Positions 27,883 to 36,895 of a DNA stretch of 64,000 bases are shown here, piece after piece. The DNA lies in assembly GCA_965249725.1 (NCBI GenBank), contig OZ252251.1:256001-320000 (forward strand), in the 5' to 3' direction. A program made the position numbers and the translations under genes. Origin of the DNA: Longimicrobiales bacterium. GTDB lineage: Bacteria; Gemmatimonadota; Gemmatimonadetes; Longimicrobiales; Gaopeijiaceae. Numbering within the stretch: position 1 is the stretch's first letter; every line of letters begins with the position of its first letter. Under the pieces are notes generated by a model. That model searched no databases. It was not told the DNA's origin and saw only the letters and a list, made by a program, of their open reading frames with translations.

Positions 27883-28626
27883 TCAGAGCGTCATCCCGAG
27901 ACGGAAGCCCCGTGCGAACGCGCGTCGGCGCATCTGCGCCCGGTTCGAAGCTCGCACGGCCCTGGCGAATCTCCGCTGGGACTGCCCTCTTCGGGCCATC
28001 GCCCGGCCGAATCCGGCCCGACCCGCCGGCCCTTGGCTGAACCCACGGCCGGGGACCTGCCCTCGCTTCATCATCCCTCGCCCGCGGCCGCCCTGTCTCT
28101 GGAGCGACTGTAGCTGAGTCTTCTGATCGGCGTCGAGTATCGCGTCGATCCGCTCCTGGAAGCCGCTCCGCTGCTGCATCATCGCGGTCCGATGGGCCAT
28201 CATCAGTTCCCGGAACTGATCCTGAGTGATCTCTCCGTCGCGAAGCTGATCTCTCATGCCTTGCATCTGGAGTTGACCACCGGTGTGGATCTCCCGGGCG
28301 GCTTCACTGATGCCCTTCAAGTCCTCGACCTGTTCGTCTGTGAGGTTGAGTTCCTCACGGAGCATCAGCACGCCATCGGCACCAGCCATGCCCATTCCCA
28401 TGCCGCGCTGACCCTGCATACCTTGCTGACCCTGCATCCCGCGTTGGCCCTGCATACCTTGCTGACCCTGCATCCCGCGTTGGCCCTGCATGCCTTGCTG
28501 GCCGTGCCTACCTTGCTGGCCCTGCATTCCCCGCTGCCCCTGCATACCCCTCGGGCCGACCTGACCCTGTAGGGGCACTGCGAGCAACAGCATCAATGCG
28601 GCCGCTCCTCCTGATAGTGCCCTCAT
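27883..28626 (-). CDS. Spy/CpxP-like (LTxxQ) periplasmic protein with GMQGQ(Q/R) repeats
   Basis: Signal peptide MRALSGGAAALMLLLAVPLQG, LNLTDEQ and ILDADQ motifs. RBS GGAGG lies before the ATG at 28626. Confidence 0.75.
   Translation of the reverse strand: MRALSGGAAALMLLLAVPLQGQVGPRGMQGQRGMQGQQGRHGQQGMQGQRGMQGQQGMQGQRGMQGQQGMQGQRGMGMGMAGADGVLMLREELNLTDEQVEDLKGISEAAREIHTGGQLQMQGMRDQLRDGEITQDQFRELMMAHRTAMMQQRSGFQERIDAILDADQKTQLQSLQRQGGRGRGMMKRGQVPGRGFSQGPAGRAGFGRAMARRGQSQRRFARAVRASNRAQMRRRAFARGFRLGMTL
28405..28548 (-). repeat. In-frame 18-bp tandem repeat x8 encoding GMQGQ(Q/R)
   Basis: Eight hexapeptide units, one of them the variant GRHGQQ. Confidence 0.9.
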
Positions 28627-28801
28627 AGTTATACCCTCCAACTGGGTTCGTCTGCGTTCGTGGTCGGGCCGGCGAATGGCCCTTGGTGAGACCTTGATCT
28701 CGGCCTCTGTCTTCTTAGATGACAGGACGTCGGAGGTCGTTAAGTGGTCCGCCGGAAAACGCGGAGGGACTGGTTTCGCAATCGTGGAACGCCCGCAGGC
28801 T

Positions 28802-29056
28802 CTACCCTTCGGGGTCCCCCGGCGGAAGCTCGGGGCGACTTTTGCCCGGCTCGAGGAGGTCCTTGTAGAAGTCCCGCTCCGCCTCCAGGCGCTCGAGGCG
28901 GCCACTGAGGTCGGACATGGTCTCGCGAATCCGGTGGAGCTCCTCGGTGCCGAGCTGAAGGGACTCGTCACGTCGCGGTCTGGAGAATCGCCGCTCCGCG
29001 ACCCTTGCGCCGGCTCCGACGATAGCGAGGGCGAGAATGAACTCGAAGAAGCCCAG
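28802..29056 (-). CDS. Small membrane-anchored coiled-coil protein (84 aa), probable CTG start
   Basis: Not in the ORF track. (M)GFFEFILALAIVGAGARVAERR...LSGRLERLEAERDFYKDLLEPG...DPEG*. AAGGA lies 7 nt upstream of the CTG, and there is an in-frame stop 9 codons upstream. Confidence 0.65.
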   Translation of the reverse strand: MGFFEFILALAIVGAGARVAERRFSRPRRDESLQLGTEELHRIRETMSDLSGRLERLEAERDFYKDLLEPGKSRPELPPGDPEG

Positions 29057-29294
29057 TTTCCGATCCTTGTCAGTCGTGGGTCAGTCGGTGGAGCCGCTGC
29101 ATCCCGTCTCGCTGATCTGCGGAACGGCCTGCCGACCACATCGTGAATCTACCGGATCCGGCGTTTCAGTCCATCGTTTCCCCGCCCAGATCGACGAGAC
29201 ACCACGCGAGGAAGATCGGCGTGGCCGAGGCCACGAGTGAGTACATTGAGGGGAGTGAACATTCGATAGTGTGGCGACTTCAAGGGAGCGCGTC

Positions 29295-29771
29295 GTGAGG
29301 AAAATGATCGTAGCGTTGTCGTTCTTCGGGATTCTTGCCGTGCCTTGTGAAGGGCGGGCGCAAGTCGTCGGGGGCGTGTTCGGGGCGTACGCCCAAGACG
29401 CATTCGACGGTATGTCTGGGGTGGGAGCCCAGCTCGGGCTGGACATCCCTGTTCTTCCCATTGACGTATTCGGGTCCGGAACGTGGTTTCTACCCAGCTG
29501 CGACGACTGCGAAGTGAAGGGCTGGTCCGTGGGGGCGACGCTGCGGCCCTTCCCGTTTCCCGTAGCTAGGCCCTACATCGTGGCGGGTCTGACGTCCAGA
29601 GATCTCGACGATCCGGCGAATGGCTACACCCTCAGCCCAAGCGGTCCCTTCGCGGGGGTCGGCCTGGACGTGGCGCTCATGGGGCTCCGAGTCTTCGCGG
29701 AGGGGCGTTACGAATTCCTGGACGGCGAATTGGAAGAGGCGGTAGTGAGAGCAGGGCTGCTCTTCTTCTAG
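29295..29771 (+). CDS. Small outer-membrane beta-barrel protein
   Basis: Signal peptide, amphipathic strands (RPYIVAG, VFAEGRY) and C-terminal Phe. GGGAG RBS lies before the GTG at 29295. Confidence 0.7.
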   Translation: MRKMIVALSFFGILAVPCEGRAQVVGGVFGAYAQDAFDGMSGVGAQLGLDIPVLPIDVFGSGTWFLPSCDDCEVKGWSVGATLRPFPFPVARPYIVAGLTSRDLDDPANGYTLSPSGPFAGVGLDVALMGLRVFAEGRYEFLDGELEEAVVRAGLLFF

Positions 29772-29787
29772 AGGCCGTCGCTGCTAC

Positions 29788-30771
29788 TCAGCGGCCCGCG
29801 AGCGACTGGACGATCTTGGCCCCGTGCAGCTTGCCGTTCTCGATGAAGATCTTGTTGGCGTTGTAACCGGCGGCCAGAACTCCGGCTACGTAGACCCCCG
29901 GCACGTCAGTCTCCATCGTGTCGGGATCATGGGTGGGAATACCCGTTTCGCCGTCGATGGTCACGCCGAGAGTGGCCAGGAATCCCCGATTCGGGCGCCA
30001 TCCGGTCATGGCGAGCACCCAGTCGTTGGGAATCTCCACGGTCTCGTCGGAGCCCTCTCGGCGAAGTACCACCGAGGTCTCGCGGACCTCCGCAAGCCGA
30101 TGTTCCCAGTAGACGGCTATCTCGCCATTGGCCAGGCGGTTTTGGATGTCGGGTACGACCCAGGGCTTAACACCGCGGTCGATCTTGTCGAGGAAGTGCA
30201 CCATGGTCACTCGAGCACCGGCCCGGTACGTCTCCAGAGCCGACTCCACCGAAGAGTTGCCCCCACCCACCACCAGCACGTCCTGGTCGTAGAACGGATA
30301 CGGCTCCTGGTAGTAGTGCTTCACCTTGGGGAGATCCTCGCCGGGCACGCCGAGGTAGTTCGGCTCGTGGAACCCGCCGATGGCGATCACGACGGCTCGC
30401 GAGCGGGTCGCATGCTCCTCGCCGGAACGAGTCAGGCTCCGGACCGTGAAGTCGCCTTGTGCGCCCTCGATGGAGGTGACCTCCTGATACTGGCGGACGT
30501 CCAGGTCGCAGTGCTGCACCACACGGCGGTAGTAGACCAAGGCCTCGCGACGAGTCGGCTTCATCTCTGCGATTGTGAACGGCACGCCGGCGATCTCCAG
30601 CTTCTCGGCGGTGCTGAAGAACGTCATGTAATAGGGGTAGTCCACCAGTGAGTGGGTGATGCACCCCTTGTCGTAGAGGATGGCGTCGAGGCTGCCTTCA
30701 GCGGCCGCCGCGCCGACGGCGATACCACACGGGCCAGCGCCGACCACGACCATGTCTGTATGCTCGCTCAT
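29788..30771 (-). CDS. ypdA: YpdA family FAD/NAD(P)H disulfide reductase (putative bacillithiol disulfide reductase)
   Basis: VVGAGPCG, MTFFSTAEKLEI, PTRREALVYY, GGGNSSVESAL, IFIENG. No CxxC motif. Confidence 0.8.
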   Translation of the reverse strand: MSEHTDMVVVGAGPCGIAVGAAAAEGSLDAILYDKGCITHSLVDYPYYMTFFSTAEKLEIAGVPFTIAEMKPTRREALVYYRRVVQHCDLDVRQYQEVTSIEGAQGDFTVRSLTRSGEEHATRSRAVVIAIGGFHEPNYLGVPGEDLPKVKHYYQEPYPFYDQDVLVVGGGNSSVESALETYRAGARVTMVHFLDKIDRGVKPWVVPDIQNRLANGEIAVYWEHRLAEVRETSVVLRREGSDETVEIPNDWVLAMTGWRPNRGFLATLGVTIDGETGIPTHDPDTMETDVPGVYVAGVLAAGYNANKIFIENGKLHGAKIVQSLAGR

Positions 30772-30936
30772 GTCGTCTCATGCGAAGTCGATGGGGAGCG
30801 TCCAACCTACCGAGCATGACCTCTGTTCCCAAGGGCGCCGAGCGAGCATTTTCACCGCGTGCGCTGCGTTGAAGCGCCTCACACGCCGTCGGCACACGCG
30901 CCTGGGCTGTCCCCCGAACAAGGGTTTCTCCTCCCG

Positions 30937-31203
30937 ATGACCACGCCTGAAAGCGAAGGACGCAAGGCGCTGAACCGATTGCGTCGGGCCGTGGAGAAGA
31001 GTCGCAGGGAGGTGGAGGCCCTACAGGGAGCGATCCGTCATGCTGAAGGAGACGATTTTCCGGAAGCCGAGTACGAGGATGCAATGAACAACTTGAGGGA
31101 GATCGAGGGCTTTCTCGACCGGGAGGCCGAGCGTCTGCAGGAGAAGATTCTCTCGTTCCGTGGACTGGAGCCTGGTCGGATTCGTCGAGGATCGTCCACG
31201 TGA
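30937..31203 (+). CDS. Small helical/coiled-coil hypothetical protein
   Basis: MTTPESEGRKALNRLRRAVEKSRRE...; GTGA overlap with the next gene. Confidence 0.65.
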   Translation: MTTPESEGRKALNRLRRAVEKSRREVEALQGAIRHAEGDDFPEAEYEDAMNNLREIEGFLDREAERLQEKILSFRGLEPGRIRRGSST

Positions 31204-32912
31204 GGCGCCGGACCTTTCTGCGAACCGGCGGGGCGTTGGGTGCGGCTGGTGCTCTCGGGGCGACTGACGCTCTCGGGGCGATGGAAGCCCTAGGTGGGAC
31301 GCTGCGAACCGGTGGAAACCCTCCCGATCTGATCCTGCGACGCGCCACCGTTTTCGACGGGACGGGCGCCGCGGGATTCGAGGCGGACGTGGCGATCACG
31401 GCCGATCGAATCACGGCGATCGGGAGAATCGCCGAAGCCGGGGCCGAGGAGATCGATCTGGCCGGCATGGCACTCGCGCCGGGGTTCATCGACATCCATT
31501 CGCACGCTGACCTCTCGCTTCTGGTGAATCCCGAGGCGGAAAGCCGCGTGCGACAGGGTGTCACGCTCGAAGTCGTCGGCCAGGACGGCAGCTCGGTGGG
31601 TCCTTGGTCCGAGGGCGGCTTCCAGTCCACGAGGGAGCGATACCGGGAGCGCTACGGCGTCGACATCGACTTCCGCGATGTCGGTGGCTTTCTGGATCGT
31701 CTCGACCGTACGCCCCCCACGGTCAACGTGGCTAGCATGGTCGGGCATGGCACCGTTCGGGGATTGGTCGTCGGCTCCGAAGATCGGCCGGCCACAGAGG
31801 CTGAGGTGAGCCGCATGAGAAGCTTGGTGGAGTCTGCTTTGGGGCAGGGGGCGGTGGGCTTTTCATCCGGGCTCGAGTACACGCCGGGGTCGTTCGCCGA
31901 CACTTCTGAACTCGTGGAACTGGCGGGTGCGCTCAAGGGGACGGGCTATCCGTACGCTTCGCACATGCGCAACGAGGACGACCGGCTGCTCGCGGCCATC
32001 GAAGAGACGATTCATGTGGGACGCATGGCCGAGGTGCCGGTGCAGGTCTCACACCTGAAGGCACAGGGTCACAGGAATTTTTGGAAGGCCGAGGCCGCTC
32101 TGCGGGCGATCGAGGAGGCCCGGGCGGTCGGCGTCGATGTCCATTTCGATCGGTACCCCTATGTGGCCTACAGCACGGGCCTCTCCAGCCTGTTCCCCAC
32201 TTGGGCCCGGGCCGGAGGGACCGCAGCCTTCTTGGGCCGCCTCCGTGATCCGGCCGAACTGCCGGCTATCGAGCGGTTCTCCCGAGCAAAGGTGGCCCTC
32301 CTGGGTTCCTGGGACGCGGTGCAGGTCACCTCGACCCGTACGGAGGCGAATGCTTACGCCCGGGGACGGCGGCTGGGTGAGCTGGCGGAGGAGCGTTCGG
32401 AGGAGCCGTTCGCCATAGCCGTTCGGCTCATCACCGAGGAGAGCAACAGCGTTGGCATGATCGGCTTCGGGATGTCGGAGGAGAATACCGCGAAGATCCT
32501 TGCACACCCTCTCGGCATGGTCTGTTCGGACGGAGGAAACTACGCCCCGTATGGGCCGCTGTCGGGTAGCTCCCCCCATCCCAGGGCGTACGGGACGTTC
32601 CCTCGCCTGATGGGCCACTATGTGAGAGAGATCGGAGCGCTCTCGCTCGAAACAGCCGTGCAGAAGGTCACGTCCATGCCGGCCACCAAGCTCGGGCTGG
32701 AGGGACGAGGCGTCATCCGGACGGGCGCGTTCGCCGACCTCGTGGCGTTCGATCCGACAACGGTCGCGGATGGAGCCACGTTCGACGCTCCGCATCGGTA
32801 TCCGATCGGTATTCCCCTCGTGGTCGTGAATGGACGGGTCACCATCAGGGATGGCGAACAGACCGGGGCCCGGGCGGGACGCGCGGTCCGTGGTGGGGGC
32901 ACGGCCGGCTAG
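31200..32912 (+). CDS. N-acyl-D-amino-acid deacylase (D-aminoacylase) with Tat signal
   Basis: RRRTFL Tat motif, APGFIDIHSHAD, SHMRNE, SHLK, SDG, HPRAYGTFPR, ADLVAFD. Confidence 0.88.
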   Translation: MRRRTFLRTGGALGAAGALGATDALGAMEALGGTLRTGGNPPDLILRRATVFDGTGAAGFEADVAITADRITAIGRIAEAGAEEIDLAGMALAPGFIDIHSHADLSLLVNPEAESRVRQGVTLEVVGQDGSSVGPWSEGGFQSTRERYRERYGVDIDFRDVGGFLDRLDRTPPTVNVASMVGHGTVRGLVVGSEDRPATEAEVSRMRSLVESALGQGAVGFSSGLEYTPGSFADTSELVELAGALKGTGYPYASHMRNEDDRLLAAIEETIHVGRMAEVPVQVSHLKAQGHRNFWKAEAALRAIEEARAVGVDVHFDRYPYVAYSTGLSSLFPTWARAGGTAAFLGRLRDPAELPAIERFSRAKVALLGSWDAVQVTSTRTEANAYARGRRLGELAEERSEEPFAIAVRLITEESNSVGMIGFGMSEENTAKILAHPLGMVCSDGGNYAPYGPLSGSSPHPRAYGTFPRLMGHYVREIGALSLETAVQKVTSMPATKLGLEGRGVIRTGAFADLVAFDPTTVADGATFDAPHRYPIGIPLVVVNGRVTIRDGEQTGARAGRAVRGGGTAG

Positions 32913-32915
32913 GCC

Positions 32916-34061
32916 GTGGATGAGGTGGGCGACACCTTCCAGAGTCTGTCGGATGATCTGATCGCGGCCTTTCGGGTGGGTGTGGCGGAACCGTGGTCCG
33001 AAGAGCGGTTCAGCGAGTTTGCTCTCAGGGTCCTCGAGTACCAACTCGAAACCAACCCCACCTACTCGCGCTACTGCCGCAAACGGGGTGTCACCGCAAC
33101 CAGCCTCGGCAAATGGGAGGGTACGCCGCCGGTCCCGACCTCGGCGTTCAAGGTCGTTCCGCTGATCTCAGGAGATCCGTCTCGAGTTCAGCGCGTGTTT
33201 CGGACCAGCGGGACCTCACGCGGCACCCACGCTCGTGGGGAGCATCATGTGCTGGGTCTGGATCTCTACAAGGCTTCGCTGATCCCGAACCTCGAGGCTC
33301 ACGTGTACGGTGGACCGCATCAGGCGGCCGGCCGGCCGATGCGCCTGTTGGCGCTGGTACCGTCACCCGACGAAGCGCCCGACTCGTCGTTGAGCTTCAT
33401 GTTGGGGGAGACACTCGCCACGCTCTCCGATGGAGATGGCGCTTTCTTCGTGCGGCTCGACTCAGGGTTGGACGTGCCGGGACTTCGTGCAGCGATCGAC
33501 GAGGCGATCCTGGAGGACCAGCCCGTCTTGTTGGCGGGGACGGCGTTCGCCTTCGTTCACTGGCTCGACGCCTTGGCGGAGGCCGATGCGTGTCTTCAAC
33601 TGCCCTCCGGCTCCATGATCCTCGAGACCGGCGGCTTCAAGGGACGCTCTCGGGTCCTTTCTCGGCCGGAACTCTACGGAGCGCTTGCTCGAGCCCACGG
33701 CGTGCCGACCGACCGCATCGTGAACGAGTACGGCATGACGGAGCTGTTGTCGCAGTTCTATGAGCCCGTCTTATCCGCTCCCACTGGGTCCCTGGAGACC
33801 CGAGCGCATGTCGCTCCGCCTTGGATGCGCACCAGGGTGTTGGATCCGATCACGCTCGAGCCCCTCCCCAGCGGTGAATCGGGGCTTCTCTGCCACTATG
33901 ACCTGGCCAACGCCGGCTCGGTCATGGCGGTTCTGACGGAGGACATGGGGACCGTCGATGAGGAGGGGGGGCTCCGTGTCCTCGGGCGGGTGGAGGGCGC
34001 TGAGCCTAGGGGCTGCTCACTGGCCATGGACGAACTGCTCGAGGGAGAGAGGCCGGCGTGA
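32916..34061 (+). CDS. LuxE-family acyl-protein synthetase
   Basis: FRTSGTS, ETGGFKGR, NEYGMTELLSQ, DLAN, TEDMG and C-terminal RGC (acylated Cys). Confidence 0.88.
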   Translation: MDEVGDTFQSLSDDLIAAFRVGVAEPWSEERFSEFALRVLEYQLETNPTYSRYCRKRGVTATSLGKWEGTPPVPTSAFKVVPLISGDPSRVQRVFRTSGTSRGTHARGEHHVLGLDLYKASLIPNLEAHVYGGPHQAAGRPMRLLALVPSPDEAPDSSLSFMLGETLATLSDGDGAFFVRLDSGLDVPGLRAAIDEAILEDQPVLLAGTAFAFVHWLDALAEADACLQLPSGSMILETGGFKGRSRVLSRPELYGALARAHGVPTDRIVNEYGMTELLSQFYEPVLSAPTGSLETRAHVAPPWMRTRVLDPITLEPLPSGESGLLCHYDLANAGSVMAVLTEDMGTVDEEGGLRVLGRVEGAEPRGCSLAMDELLEGERPA

Positions 34062-35458
34062 AGTCTCTGGATGCTGTAGCCCTGCCGGAGGGATTCGTCT
34101 TCGAAGCAGTATGGGAGAGCTTCGACGTAGCACCTGGAGTCGAGGTCCGTTATCCGACGCTCGCACCCGGCGACTGGGACCGGCTGCTGGATGCGCTGCG
34201 TGCCGCTTCGGAATCGCTGGCCGAACGGCCTGTCAGCGACGTGGTAGGGAGTGTCGGGAGAACCGCCGAGCGGTTCCTCGATCCGGCAGACCCGATGCGG
34301 CGTGCTGCTCTGGAGTGGCTCGTCCCCACTGCGGGCATCTCGGCGGAGATGGCTGATGTGGTGCTCACCGGCATGGCTCGGGACTGGACCGGGGAACGTC
34401 TGTCCGAGCTGCTGAAGCGCGAATTGGGGGTACCCGAAGTTCTCGATGGCTTCCAGCGGCTCGACTCGGGCCGCATCGTCCGTGCTGCCGGGCCTGTGCT
34501 GAGCCTTCATGTGGGTGCAGGCACTGTCCCGGGCGTGAGCGTCTCCTCCCTGATCCGAGCCCTCCTGGTCAAGTCGGCGGTCCTCCTGAAGCCGGGCAAG
34601 GGAGATGTCGCACTGCCTGTTCTCTTCGCGCGCGCGCTGGCGGAAGAGGATCCCCGCCTGGCCGCCGGACTGGCGGTGGCGTACTGGCCGGGCGGAGCCA
34701 GTCCGGCCGAGACTCTCGCGCTCGCGAGTGCCGAGGTGGTTGTGGCCTATGGCAGCAGCGAGTCGGTCACGGCCCTGCGAGATCGCACACCGGTCACGGC
34801 GCGCTTCGTCCCGTATCACCACCGCGTGAGTCTGGGCATGGTCGGCCGCGAGGCGCTGGCCGCCGATCTGGCATCCCAGACCGCCGCCGCTGCGGCCGCG
34901 GCCGTCTCGATGTTCGACCAGAGGGGGTGCGTGTCCCCGCATGTGCTCTACGCGGAGCGCGGAGGAGTCGTGAGCCCAGAGGCTTGGGCGGCCGTGCTCG
35001 CAGAGGCGATGGCCGACATCGAGGCAGGGCTACCCGCGGGGCATCTGACGCCGGACGAGGCCTCGGCGCTCCACCAACTGCGTGGAGCAGCGGAGTTCGA
35101 GGAGGCCTCGGGTAGCGGTTCGCGGGTGTACCGTGGAGACACGGGATCCTGGACCGTGATCTACCAGGAGAGCCCTGCGTTCACCCTGTCTTGTCAGAAT
35201 CGGGTAGTGTACGTCAAGCCGGTGTCACACTTGGAGGAGGTGCCTGAACTGCTCCGCGATCTGAGACGCGTACTGCAAACTGTAGCGCTCACGGGGTCCG
35301 GGGACCGGCGAGGCCACCTGGCGACCGCCCTCGGCCGAGCCGGTGTGACCAGGGTCACCTCATTCGAGGCTGCACCATGGCCCCCTCCGTGGTGGCATCA
35401 CGACGGTTCGTCCGTATTCGACGGACTGATCCGTTGGATCGACTTGGAGGAAGGGTGA
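34058..35458 (+). CDS. LuxC-family acyl-CoA reductase
   Basis: HVGAGTVP, VAYGS, FDQRGCVSP (catalytic Cys) and WHHDG. GTGA overlap with luxE. Confidence 0.88.
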   Translation: MKSLDAVALPEGFVFEAVWESFDVAPGVEVRYPTLAPGDWDRLLDALRAASESLAERPVSDVVGSVGRTAERFLDPADPMRRAALEWLVPTAGISAEMADVVLTGMARDWTGERLSELLKRELGVPEVLDGFQRLDSGRIVRAAGPVLSLHVGAGTVPGVSVSSLIRALLVKSAVLLKPGKGDVALPVLFARALAEEDPRLAAGLAVAYWPGGASPAETLALASAEVVVAYGSSESVTALRDRTPVTARFVPYHHRVSLGMVGREALAADLASQTAAAAAAAVSMFDQRGCVSPHVLYAERGGVVSPEAWAAVLAEAMADIEAGLPAGHLTPDEASALHQLRGAAEFEEASGSGSRVYRGDTGSWTVIYQESPAFTLSCQNRVVYVKPVSHLEEVPELLRDLRRVLQTVALTGSGDRRGHLATALGRAGVTRVTSFEAAPWPPPWWHHDGSSVFDGLIRWIDLEEG

Positions 35459-35550
35459 TCTCGAGAAGACGAGATCGTCGTTGTGGAGAGGTCGGCCTGC
35501 TCGACGCACAGCGGGCCAACGGAGTACAAAATGGAAAAGAGGAGCGGCGG

Positions 35551-35742
35551 CTACTCTTCGGGCTGCTCCTCCGCGCGCCAGATCACCATCTGCCGACGTC
35601 CGTCCGAAGTCTCCTCCACACGAACGGTCAGGGCGTCCCCCGCGGCAAGTCTCAGGGTGTCCCGCAGGTCCTGAGGGATCGTGACCCGTCCTCCGACTCC
35701 GATGGTCACGTCCGCGTAGAAGAGCGTACGATAGATGGCCAT
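35551..35742 (-). CDS. AbrB/MazE/SpoVT family DNA-binding protein
   Basis: TIGVGGRVTIPQDLRDTLRLAAGD. RBS GAGGAGG. Confidence 0.8.
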   Translation of the reverse strand: MAIYRTLFYADVTIGVGGRVTIPQDLRDTLRLAAGDALTVRVEETSDGRRQMVIWRAEEQPEE

Positions 35743-35923
35743 CCGGCCTCCTCTTGGTTAGTCAATAGCAGGCGAAATGTATAGAGTTTGGGGGTGGCGG
35801 CAACCGGCGCTTCCCAATTGACCGGCGGGAGTTGAAGATGCGTGGTCGCCCGCCCGTATGGGGAGAGGACGCGCCACCGCAGCAGCAGTTCGTCAAACGA
35901 GCACATCGTCTACGGGAGGATTC

Positions 35924-36895
35924 CTGAACACCACGAACGGATCAGGTCCAGCCGTCGCGCTGGAGGGCGTCACGAAGCGTTTCGGTAGCCATACCGCGGT
36001 CTCTGAGCTCAGCCTGGAGATCCCGCGAGGCACCATCTACGGCCTTCTCGGACCCAACGGATCCGGGAAGACGACCACCATTCGGATGATGATGGGCATC
36101 CTACTTCCGGACGAGGGTGGTGTGACCCTGCTGGGGGGCGCGTCTGACGGGCCGATGCGTCAGCGCGTGGGTTACCTACCCGAGGAGCGTGGGGTCTACA
36201 AGAAGATGAAGGTGATCGAGCAGCTCGAATTCCTCGGTGAGATTCGCGGGATGGCTCGCCGGACGGCGAGGGAGCGTGCCAACGCCTGGCTGGAGCGGTT
36301 GGGCCTGGATGGGTGGGCGGACAAGAAGATCGAGGACCTGTCGAAAGGCATGCAACAGAAGGTCCAATTCATCGGAACGGTGCTTCACGAGCCCGACCTC
36401 TTGATCCTCGACGAGCCGTTCAGTGGCCTCGACCCGATCAACCAGGATGTCCTCGAGGACATCGTGCGGGAGTTTCACGAGATGGGAACCACGATCCTGT
36501 TCTCCACCCACCTGATGGGGCAGGCCGAGAGGCTCTGTGAGCGTGTGTGCCTCATCTCGAAGGCGGAGAAGGTCCTCGACGGGGAGCTGAAGGAGTTGAA
36601 GCGAAGAGAACGAAGCGGGGCCATCGCAGTGGACTTCGAGGGGAAGGACGGGTGGCTGCGGGGGCCCGAGGTGGACACGGTCGAGGCCACGGATACCGGG
36701 GTCCGCCTCCTACTCCTCGACGGGGGCGACGCTCAGGCCGTTCTACGCCGGGGTATCGACGAGGGAGTAACGATCAATCGGTTCGAACTGGTCGAGCCCA
36801 GCCTGCACGAGATCTTCGTTCGGCATGCAGGCGCGGACGCCGCGGGTGATGCCGGTGTGCCCGCCGACTTTCAGCGGAGCGGAGGCGCCGCGTGA
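35924..36895 (+). CDS. ABC transporter ATP-binding protein (NatA/YhaQ-like)
   Basis: GPNGSGKTT, YLPEERG, LSKGMQQK, LDEPFSGLDP, FSTH. The start is uncertain: CTG at 35924 after GGGAGG, or ATG at 35858. Confidence 0.9.
   Translation: MNTTNGSGPAVALEGVTKRFGSHTAVSELSLEIPRGTIYGLLGPNGSGKTTTIRMMMGILLPDEGGVTLLGGASDGPMRQRVGYLPEERGVYKKMKVIEQLEFLGEIRGMARRTARERANAWLERLGLDGWADKKIEDLSKGMQQKVQFIGTVLHEPDLLILDEPFSGLDPINQDVLEDIVREFHEMGTTILFSTHLMGQAERLCERVCLISKAEKVLDGELKELKRRERSGAIAVDFEGKDGWLRGPEVDTVEATDTGVRLLLLDGGDAQAVLRRGIDEGVTINRFELVEPSLHEIFVRHAGADAAGDAGVPADFQRSGGAA

Noticed and set aside
32916..35458. Bioluminescence operon
   Set aside because: No luxA, luxB, luxD or luxG in the window.
35551..35742. Toxin-antitoxin module
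   Set aside because: The AbrB-like gene has no adjacent toxin ORF; it converges on luxC.
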